Shown: one piece after another, positions 53,606 to 60,777 of the stretch
How positions within the stretch are numbered: the first letter of the stretch is position 1
Layout: each line of letters opens with the position of its first letter
IMG/VR virus record: IMGVR_UViG_3300036768_000354
Location: 1 to 60,777 of that record
Strand: one strand, 5' to 3'
Origin: a virus
Taxonomy: Duplodnaviria > Caudoviricetes
Length of the DNA: 60,777 bases
Notes under the pieces: generated by a model
Seen by the model: the letters and a program-made list of their open reading frames with translations, nothing else
Database searches by the model: none
Told to the model about the DNA's origin: nothing
Translations under genes and position numbers: made by a program

Positions 53606-54184
53606 TTAAATTACATTTAGCCCATAAAGGTTGTAAGTTAGTATAACTGCATGCTTTTTAAATTGTTCAGAGATTGTTAGGTCAAACTTAGAAAGAGGCT
53701 CTTTATGATATATCCAATCACTCATCCTTCTTAAAGCTTTTTCTCTATGTTTAGAATTATAGACTGAAACTTTACACTTTGGTATGCAATAACTAGCTTT
53801 TAAACTCTTACACTCAAAATCTTTTCGACAAACAATACATCCTTTAATCCCTCTATTGCCCTGAGTTTTCCTAACATAAAGATTATAATGTTTTTCACAT
53901 AAACCTTTAACATGACGTACTTCTTTACATTCAATTAAAGTGCATTTTGATTTTTGCCTTAATCGTCTAGTTATTTGAGATGTTAAATTTGCCTTCTTAT
54001 TAGAACAAGATTGGCACGGCTGATTAGAATGATTCGGTGTCTTATATCCTCTATCGGAACCACGAATATCACATTTAGTCCAAAAATGGCGTCTTTTATT
54101 CTTAATGATGAAGTCTTCTCTTATAAGAAGCATTACTATACCACGCTTACATATTAAGCACCAACGGTTATCACGTTTTGCCAT
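53606..54184 (-). CDS. Zn-finger-rich, homing-endonuclease-like ORF with a primase-like N-terminus; probably degenerate
   Basis: Starts MAKRDNRWCLIC; C-x4-C...KGLCEKHY and CIVCRKDF...YCIPKC modules; no clear catalytic motif. Confidence 0.55.
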   Translation of the reverse strand: MAKRDNRWCLICKRGIVMLLIREDFIIKNKRRHFWTKCDIRGSDRGYKTPNHSNQPCQSCSNKKANLTSQITRRLRQKSKCTLIECKEVRHVKGLCEKHYNLYVRKTQGNRGIKGCIVCRKDFECKSLKASYCIPKCKVSVYNSKHREKALRRMSDWIYHKEPLSKFDLTISEQFKKHAVILTYNLYGLNVI

Positions 54185-55211
54185 GCACTACCACCATTGC
54201 TTCTAGTTTATCAAGCTTTTCTTCTTGAATCTTTAGCTTAGCTCTCTTTTCACGCTCAGCAATTTCGTCTGGTGAAACCATTACATAGCGGCCCTTCTCA
54301 AAGCCACAAGTGATTTTAGACCCTGCCCGCCCAAAGCGATCTTTATGGATAATGAAGTCTGAAGTTTGAGAATCAAAGTTAGGGATAACTTCGATGATTA
54401 CTGTAGCGGGTTCTACAATCGCAGAACAGTCTTTAATTCTAGTATCGATATCTTTAGCTCCACCCTTTTTTGATATAGAATATAGCTGAGCAAACATAAC
54501 AACAGGCATCGTAGACCCTTTGATATATTGACCGATCCACACTCGAAGATCATTAAGATTTTCATATGCAGTTTTCTTAGAATCTTTAATTGAATACTTG
54601 ATTAATTGAAAGTAGTCAATCATGACGCATGAATAGCTGTCTTCTTTTTTAACCGCCTCTAAAGCTTTTTTAATACCCTCAACTTTTGTTGTTAGACCAT
54701 CTTGATAATTAACATCTAAAACTTTTACGTATTTTGAAATCTCTGGAAATAAGCTTATCACTCGCATGATATCTTCATTCTGCATTAAGCCCTTTTTAAA
54801 ATCATTAAAATTTAATCCAAGCTCTAAGCAAGAGATACGAAACAGCACGTCGTGCTGCGACTCTTCGTTTGTTATAACTAATGTTTTCTTACCTTGTTTC
54901 CATAATGGGTATGTTATGTTTGCAGCAACGGTTGATTTACCAGAACCAGTGTATGCACAAAATAGATAAAAATTTTCTCTAGTGAATGGAACAGTTGCAC
55001 TCAAAGCGTCATTGATGAGAGTGATTCTCTCTGCTAACATCTTTTTATATTTAGAGATATCAGTGAGCATTGTCGTCATTGATTCTTTGTTGCCAAAAGA
55101 TTCAATGTCATCTAAAGATACTTCGACTTCTTTTGAAGAAGTGTTGGGAGATTTGCCAGCTAATTTAAGTTGCTCTTTAATTTGATCAGGAGTTAGTTTC
55201 ATCTTCATCAC
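54171..55211 (-). CDS. DnaB-like (SF4) replicative helicase
   Basis: AYTGSGKST, ITNEE, IDYFQLI, FAQL, KDRFG. Confidence 0.85.
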   Translation of the reverse strand: MMKMKLTPDQIKEQLKLAGKSPNTSSKEVEVSLDDIESFGNKESMTTMLTDISKYKKMLAERITLINDALSATVPFTRENFYLFCAYTGSGKSTVAANITYPLWKQGKKTLVITNEESQHDVLFRISCLELGLNFNDFKKGLMQNEDIMRVISLFPEISKYVKVLDVNYQDGLTTKVEGIKKALEAVKKEDSYSCVMIDYFQLIKYSIKDSKKTAYENLNDLRVWIGQYIKGSTMPVVMFAQLYSISKKGGAKDIDTRIKDCSAIVEPATVIIEVIPNFDSQTSDFIIHKDRFGRAGSKITCGFEKGRYVMVSPDEIAEREKRAKLKIQEEKLDKLEAMVVVHGKT

Positions 55212-55722
55212 CTAAAACGTTTTCTAGCATATTATCAATATCGATATTATACTGTTGTTGCCGCCACTGTTTCACGAGTTCCGTCGTATCTAATGTAGGG
55301 AATTGGTCTGCATATCTGCGTTGAGCTCTATACTCTTGAGCAGACATATTGCCAAAAACTTTTGGCTCATCGTCTTGATCTAATGGCTTAGCAGGGAAGA
55401 ATTCAAAGAATATTTCTGTGCCTTTTGCTTCTATAGAAGCATTCCATTCATCGATAAACTCTTTTTCGGTCTTATCAAATTGCGCTATAGTTTTCTTTAG
55501 ATTCTTATAAAATCCTCTTGCCGTTGAAGAGGGTGGGCAATGTGCTTTAATTGCTTTTGGTAAATAGTTTTCATATAGATCATCAAATGATGCACCTATC
55601 TGCTTCCAACTTTCGAATAATTCTTCAAAATTGGGACGAATATGTTTTGCACCACGAGGCTTGCTCTTTAGTTCAGCAACCCATTGAACAAAAGCTAATT
55701 CAATTAGCTTAGTCTTGTCCAT
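55186..55722 (-). CDS. Hypothetical protein upstream of the helicase
   Basis: GAGGT RBS; overlapping operon. Confidence 0.75.
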   Translation of the reverse strand: MDKTKLIELAFVQWVAELKSKPRGAKHIRPNFEELFESWKQIGASFDDLYENYLPKAIKAHCPPSSTARGFYKNLKKTIAQFDKTEKEFIDEWNASIEAKGTEIFFEFFPAKPLDQDDEPKVFGNMSAQEYRAQRRYADQFPTLDTTELVKQWRQQQYNIDIDNMLENVLGDEDETNS

Positions 55723-55915
55723 CTGCTACCTCAGAATGATCTGTGGTCTGCTCTAAAACTTGTCCTGTTTTAATATTTGTGACACGAATTTTAGCAGAGT
55801 TATTAACTTTATCTACAAACAATAACTCTAACTTATATTCGTCGTTGATGATAAAAGGTCGCTTTTTACCAAGCCACCAATACAATGAATCTTTTAACTT
55901 ATTGGAATAATCCAT
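55709..55915 (-). CDS. Hypothetical protein, 68 aa
   Basis: AGGAG RBS. Confidence 0.75.
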   Translation of the reverse strand: MDYSNKLKDSLYWWLGKKRPFIINDEYKLELLFVDKVNNSAKIRVTNIKTGQVLEQTTDHSEVADGQD

Positions 55916-56041
55916 ATTGTCTCCTAAAACGGTTTATTAATCGTAATCATTTTATACATATCAAAAAATATATAGTAATATATTAAGCAATTAGGTATGT
56001 GCAGTTATTGCCATAGATTTATACCTTGGTAAAATAATGCA

Positions 56042-57454
56042 ATGGACATTATAATCAAAAACAATTCCATGTCAATATCTAAAGAAGATCCTAGTTTTGC
56101 AAAGTTACTAGAGTCAACTTTATGCTATACAGATAAGTCTAAGCAATATCAACTTAAAAGATTAGGTAAAACTATATGGAGAAGAAGTTCTCCAGAGTTC
56201 AAAAAACTTCAACAAGAAGTTAATGGTAAGTTATATGAAAAGAATGACTTAGGGGAATGGATTATAAACTCTGCGTTCTTTGATTATTTATTAAATGAGT
56301 ATCCAGAATTTTTTAAAAACGCTAACATCATCGATGACAGAAAAGAGACGGGTCAAAAGATCGTATTACCGTGGGTAACTAAACCTTTTGATCCTCGCCC
56401 ATATCAAGAAGAAGCCATAGATTTAATGATGTCTAATTACAGAGGCGTTATTAATTTTGCCACAGGTCTTGGAAAGACTTTAGTTGCAACTCATTTTATT
56501 AAAAGATATAAGAAGAAAGCTCTTGTAGTTTGCCCTAGTGACTCTGTTGCTAAACAATTTTACAGTCAGTTTGTTGAGTGTTTTGGTAAGAATGAAGTAG
56601 GTTTTTATGGTGGTGGAAAGAAAAAGATTAGCGATATTACAGTTTCTATCGCTGCTTCGGCAACTAGGAATATTGAGGAACTTAAACAGGCTGATTTTGG
56701 AGTCGTTATATTTGACGAGGTCCACCATACTCCTGCGTCTACATTCTTTGAAATTAGTAAAGGACTATCAGGAGTTGGGAAGGTTTTTGGTCTTACAGCA
56801 ACAGATTACAGATCGGATGGCAAAGACATAATGATTACCGCAGGCTGCGGAAGAGTCTTGATTAGAAGAGATGTTAAATGGGGAGTCGATAACGGTTTCC
56901 TAGCTACACCATATTTCATCGTTAGAGAAGTAAATACTGGCGGAAGAGATTTTAAAGATGATAAGCTTAAATCATATAAAGAGCATGTACTGAACAATCA
57001 GATAATGAAAGATCGCATCTTAAATGATGCTAAATCTATGATTGCTGCAGGTAAAGCTGTTCTTGTTTTGGTTGATGAAGTAGCTCACGGAGAAGAGTTA
57101 TCAAAAGCATTAGGTGTTCCTTTTGCAACAGGTGAAGATAAGAAGAGTCAAGACTACATTGATCAATTGAATAATCATAAAATACAAGGTTTAGTGGGAA
57201 CTGATGGCAAGATATCTGAGGGAAGTGATACTAAGAATGTGGATGTATTGATTCTCGCAAACTTTGTAGCAAGTAAAGGGCCAGTAATTCAATGTATAGG
57301 AAGATCATTAAGGAAGCAGGGGATCAAGACAAAGGCTTTAATATTGGATTACATCCCAATGGGGTCGACAATGCTAAAGAGACATGCCCTACAGCGAATG
57401 GAATACTATCTAGAGATAACAGACAAAGTAAAGTTGGTGAAATATAATGCTTAA
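56042..57454 (+). CDS. SF2 DNA helicase (UvsW/XPB-like)
   Basis: PRPYQ, ATGLGKT, DEVH, GLTAT, QCIGRSLR. Confidence 0.9.
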   Translation: MDIIIKNNSMSISKEDPSFAKLLESTLCYTDKSKQYQLKRLGKTIWRRSSPEFKKLQQEVNGKLYEKNDLGEWIINSAFFDYLLNEYPEFFKNANIIDDRKETGQKIVLPWVTKPFDPRPYQEEAIDLMMSNYRGVINFATGLGKTLVATHFIKRYKKKALVVCPSDSVAKQFYSQFVECFGKNEVGFYGGGKKKISDITVSIAASATRNIEELKQADFGVVIFDEVHHTPASTFFEISKGLSGVGKVFGLTATDYRSDGKDIMITAGCGRVLIRRDVKWGVDNGFLATPYFIVREVNTGGRDFKDDKLKSYKEHVLNNQIMKDRILNDAKSMIAAGKAVLVLVDEVAHGEELSKALGVPFATGEDKKSQDYIDQLNNHKIQGLVGTDGKISEGSDTKNVDVLILANFVASKGPVIQCIGRSLRKQGIKTKALILDYIPMGSTMLKRHALQRMEYYLEITDKVKLVKYNA

Positions 57455-57612
57455 AAACCTAAACAACAAGTATTAGACTCAATGGCCAATACGATATTCA
57501 ACTTACAATAGCTGATATAGTTGCAGCTGGGTTTTCTAAGTTAATAGAGAACATGTACTTTGATACATAGTTTGAACAAGGTTTCGACTTAAAGTTCTAG
57601 TATAATGGTTAT

Positions 57613-59061
57613 ATGCCATTAAGTAAAAAAGATCTATCAGACATAGCTAAAGAATTTGCCACTACTAAGAGTGACCAGGCAGATGATAAAGCTGTTATTC
57701 CAAACATAGAAGAACAAGTTGCTAAAAAGCAAGAACAGGTCGATAGAACTTATATTCCGTACAATAATGCACATATAGAGCGAATTACACCGTACGAGCA
57801 AGAGCATAGATGGCTTAATGGTACTACTTACACAACTATAACTCAATCTCAGATCGAGACAGTTAATCAGAGCACAGGTAAGGCAACATACTTCTTTCCT
57901 GATTCTTGGACTAAAAGTAATGCACAGCTTCAACCTAACGGAAACGGTAATCCAAAATCCACAAGTACTAATAGCGAAGATTATGTAATAAACAGTACGA
58001 TCCAATTGCGCGGAATTAAAGCAATGGTTAATACTATTAGAAATGGTATATCTGGTGCAGGAGGCAACGCTACAACTCAACAACCACTACACGATATTCC
58101 AGCAGGCACAGTATCTAATCTACAAATAGATGTAGATAGTGTTTTAAATTTTAATGCAAATGATTTGATATATATTAATAAAGGTTCTAGTAGCGGTATT
58201 TATATAATTAATTCTGTTGGAGCATCTCACTTATTTATAAGTAGTGTAATACCATCACAGATAGGTTTCACTGGACAAGGATCAACAGTAAAGAATAATG
58301 TTGCAGGTTTTACTCTCTCTGAGAGACAAAATTTAACATCATCTACTTATCAAGAGCTATTAACTAATCTCTCTAATGAGATCATATCTTCTGTATTGTT
58401 GTGGGAAGCAGCGCTGAATAATCAATTAGCTCAATTAAATATGAATATTGATGCAGCAAATCAGATATCTACTGCAAAAAGTAATGTAAATACAGCAAAA
58501 ACAGCAATAGATACTTGGCAAGCATTATCAAATACAGGCGCTTCTGGCAAGTTTGTAGATACAAGTTTAAATAATTTAGCTACTGCTTACAATACTAGAA
58601 GTTCTTTTATTGCTACTAGAGCATCGCAAATAACATCTGCATTAGGGAGTGTATCTCAAGATGCTCAGGGTAATTATTCAGGTGCAGGTTTATATCTTCA
58701 AAGATATAAGTGTCTTAATTTTTTAATCAATACATCAAATGGACCTTTATATCAAATATTTGGATTAAATATGGCTAAAGGTACCTTTCAATCCAAAGTG
58801 GCCAATGCTGCAGATAAGTTAGCAACTTATAGTGACTTAGTTCGCTATGGCGCTTTCACTGCAGATCCTGTATTAAATACAGTGAAGATTGATTCTGTTT
58901 CGCAATTCTCTAACGGTGACTCTATCCTTTTGACAGGTAATAATTTACCAGCTATAGAGTGCACAATATCTAGTATATCTGGGTCAACAATAACACTAAA
59001 CATAAATATACCTAAAGAGTACACTAAGTCAGCGAAAAGTGGAATTATTAAAGCGATATAG
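57613..59061 (+). CDS. Hypothetical, probably virion-associated protein, 482 aa
   Basis: S/T/N-rich with helical segments; leaderless-type promoter. Confidence 0.7.
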   Translation: MPLSKKDLSDIAKEFATTKSDQADDKAVIPNIEEQVAKKQEQVDRTYIPYNNAHIERITPYEQEHRWLNGTTYTTITQSQIETVNQSTGKATYFFPDSWTKSNAQLQPNGNGNPKSTSTNSEDYVINSTIQLRGIKAMVNTIRNGISGAGGNATTQQPLHDIPAGTVSNLQIDVDSVLNFNANDLIYINKGSSSGIYIINSVGASHLFISSVIPSQIGFTGQGSTVKNNVAGFTLSERQNLTSSTYQELLTNLSNEIISSVLLWEAALNNQLAQLNMNIDAANQISTAKSNVNTAKTAIDTWQALSNTGASGKFVDTSLNNLATAYNTRSSFIATRASQITSALGSVSQDAQGNYSGAGLYLQRYKCLNFLINTSNGPLYQIFGLNMAKGTFQSKVANAADKLATYSDLVRYGAFTADPVLNTVKIDSVSQFSNGDSILLTGNNLPAIECTISSISGSTITLNINIPKEYTKSAKSGIIKAI

Positions 59062-59076
59062 TATATAATCTAAGTT

Positions 59077-59625
59077 ATGAGACCAGTGAATAAAGCAGGA
59101 ATAAATCTTATTAAGTCATTTGAAGGGTTGTCTCTTAAACCCTACTTAGATGCTGTTAATATCCCAACTATTGGGTACGGCACTATTCAATACCCAAATG
59201 GTCAAAAAGTTTCAATGAAAGACCCCGCTATTACTGAAGCGCAAGCTATTGAATTCTTAGAGCATGAAGTAAACATGAAGGCCTCTGTAGTAGAAGATAT
59301 GGTTAAGGTTCCGCTTAACGACAATGAGTACGCAGCATTAGTTTCTTTTTCTTATAATGTAGGCTCAAACGCACTACAGACATCAACTTTACTTAAGCTA
59401 TTAAACTCTGGAGCTGACAAGGTAGCTGTAGCAGATCAATTCTTAAGATGGAATAAAGCTGGCGGTAAAGAACTTAAAGGTTTAACAAGAAGAAGAGAAG
59501 CAGAGCGTTCTCTTTTCTTGCAACCGGTGGCGCAATATAGTGGCGACGAACTTCTTTCTTCTGAACCTTCAGAGGAGGATATTGATGTAAAGCTTAAGAA
59601 GCTGGAAGACGATATCATGAAGTAG
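59077..59625 (+). CDS. GH24 phage lysozyme / endolysin
   Basis: IKSFEG-x6-LD-x4-PTIGYG; ALVSFSYNVG; GLTRRREAERSLF. Confidence 0.93.
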   Translation: MRPVNKAGINLIKSFEGLSLKPYLDAVNIPTIGYGTIQYPNGQKVSMKDPAITEAQAIEFLEHEVNMKASVVEDMVKVPLNDNEYAALVSFSYNVGSNALQTSTLLKLLNSGADKVAVADQFLRWNKAGGKELKGLTRRREAERSLFLQPVAQYSGDELLSSEPSEEDIDVKLKKLEDDIMK

Positions 59626-59697
59626 GTATCGAAACCGTCTTGAGTACACTCTTAGTTAAATCTATCGGCTTCCAACAACCAATTAACTAGGGGAAGT

Positions 59698-59868
59698 ATA
59701 GGAAATTCATTTATTGAGATTAAAAGCAGAGATTAAAGTATTAGCTCACCAAATTAAATCATTAAAATCATTCCGCAAACCATATAAAATGGTTATATAC
59801 CTGGACTTGCTGATAGCCAGCATGAATTCAAATATAAGCATATTGCTTACCGCTATTGCAGCTCATAA
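59698..59868 (+). pseudogene. Frameshifted remnant of a small phage gene
   Basis: RLKAEIKVLAHQIKSLKSFRKPY continues after a frameshift as NGYIPGLADSQHEFKYKHIAY; GGGGAAG RBS followed by ATA. Confidence 0.4.
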
Positions 59869-59912
59869 TTGCGATCATGAAGTCAGAAACTTAAAGCTAC
59901 TGTAAGTGTGTG

Positions 59913-59918
59913 TATAAT
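59913..59918 (+). promoter_or_regulatory. -10 box upstream of the structured RNA and tRNA
   Basis: TATAAT 6 nt before the first paired base of the predicted RNA. Confidence 0.6.
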
Positions 59919-59924
59919 AGATTT

Positions 59925-60095
59925 GCACGGCCGCGTAAACGGATGGTAACATTACCTAAAGATTGTAAAGAGCTTTACGGTGTTCCTTCTTTAGCAGAAG
60001 CCTACATGCTGATACTTAATGTTGTTAGGGGTTATCGGGCAAGAGATTCGACGGAATATCTGCCATCTATACGGTAACAATAATTCAGCCCGTGC
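59925..60095 (+). ncRNA. Unclassified structured RNA (~171 nt)
   Basis: GCACGG(59925-30)/CCGTGC(60090-95); CGTA/TACG; GGATGGTA(59941-48)/TGCCATCT(60061-68); internal hairpins 59962-81, 59986-60000 and 60009-38. Confidence 0.55.
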
Positions 60096-60116
60096 GCCTT
60101 TATTTTCGGAGGTTAT

Positions 60117-60194
60117 GTACCTATAGCTCAGCTGGTTAGAGTTGGAATCTCTAAAATTCTGTAAGCGTGGGTTTAAGTCCCACTAGGTGCTCCA
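60117..60194 (+). tRNA. tRNA with CUA anticodon (amber suppressor type)
   Basis: Acceptor GTACCTA/TAGGTGC; D arm GCTC/GAGT; anticodon stem GGAAT/ATTCT with loop CT-CTA-AA; T arm GTGGG-TTTAAGT-CCCAC; discriminator T; encoded CCA. Confidence 0.85.
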
Positions 60195-60198
60195 TATT

Positions 60199-60528
60199 AT
60201 GAACTGGATCGGTCAAGATTTCTCTTCTAAAATGAAGCTAAATTTACTTCCTGGTGTTCATATACAACCAGGCTACTGGCAAGTTCAAATCGATTACATA
60301 TCAGAGTCAAGCAATACAACTATATACCATAACTCTACATTTATGGCGGCGGGTCATAGACAGCAAGACTACGACGTAGTTATCGGTATAGATGTTCGCA
60401 ATATACACCTCACGATGCATAGACACAGTCCTTTTCCCGGCTCTTCTAGCAATATCATCAATAAAAACCTATCAGTTCACGCACTTATCTTATTAAACTT
60501 TGCTCATCGCTTACTTAAGATAAAGTAA
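60199..60528 (+). CDS. Hypothetical protein, 109 aa (start revised to ATG 60199)
   Basis: ORF begins 4 nt after the tRNA CCA; no RBS. Confidence 0.45.
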   Translation: MNWIGQDFSSKMKLNLLPGVHIQPGYWQVQIDYISESSNTTIYHNSTFMAAGHRQQDYDVVIGIDVRNIHLTMHRHSPFPGSSSNIINKNLSVHALILLNFAHRLLKIK

Positions 60529-60777
60529 CAACCAACCAACTAATCAACTTAAGGAGCAGTTAGTAACTAGCGATTAGTGACTAGCCAACTTAAAAAGTAA
60601 TAACTAACCAACCAATCAACCAAGCAACCAACCAACCAATCAACCAACTGACTTAAGGAGTAATAGCAATAGCAATAGCAATAGCAATAGCAATAGCAAT
60701 AGCAATAGCAATAGCAATAGCAATAGCAATAGCAATTAACCAACTAACTTAAGGAGTAACTAGTTACTAGTTACTAG
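60529..60777. repeat. Low-complexity tract: AACC/AATC runs, (AGCAAT)x12 at 60665-60736, three ACTTAAGGAG
   Basis: Directly visible. Confidence 0.9.

Noticed and set aside
10809-59618. Short antisense or alternate-frame ORFs nested in long genes
   Set aside because: Shadow ORFs of strongly coding frames with no independent signals
9870-59625. Genome-wide TAG reassignment (code 15)
   Set aside because: Genes up to 7 kb are uninterrupted under code 11, and TAG ends several genes right before the next gene or promoter
59925-60124. Firm call as tmRNA or 6S RNA
   Set aside because: No tmRNA T-arm, acceptor CCA or convincing tag; more branched than a typical 6S; kept as unclassified

Overview
A 60.8-kb segment of a large, AT-rich, contractile-tailed (myovirus-type) dsDNA phage genome. 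No capsid, portal or terminase gene is visible, and the host cannot be determined from this window. 1-8000 is a mostly non-coding, low-complexity tract. It holds microsatellites, roughly 45 copies of a CCTRYAGG palindrome and a small, partly decayed minus-strand operon bracketed by a 23-bp direct repeat. 9.9-51.7 kb is the virion module: neck proteins, a Nudix-domain protein, tail sheath, three tail-tube paralogs, chaperones, tape measure, hub, spike, LysM/gp25 wedge, a 2364-aa baseplate J, fibre proteins and three paralogous 7-repeat propeller proteins with hypervariable codons. 52-59.6 kb holds primase, a DnaB-like helicase, an SF2 helicase and a GH24 lysozyme. Near the right end a -10 promoter precedes an unannotated ~170-nt structured RNA, followed by a tRNA with an amber (CUA) anticodon, although the genome otherwise reads in the standard code. 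Other observations: homing-endonuclease insertions that duplicated gene ends (sheath 3' end, primase 5' end), HNH-type and GIY-YIG stub mini-ORFs, an HNH/P-loop kinase fusion, a decayed Tad2/DUF2829-like gene, and many leaderless-type promoters. All family assignments come from motif recognition by eye and no searches were run.
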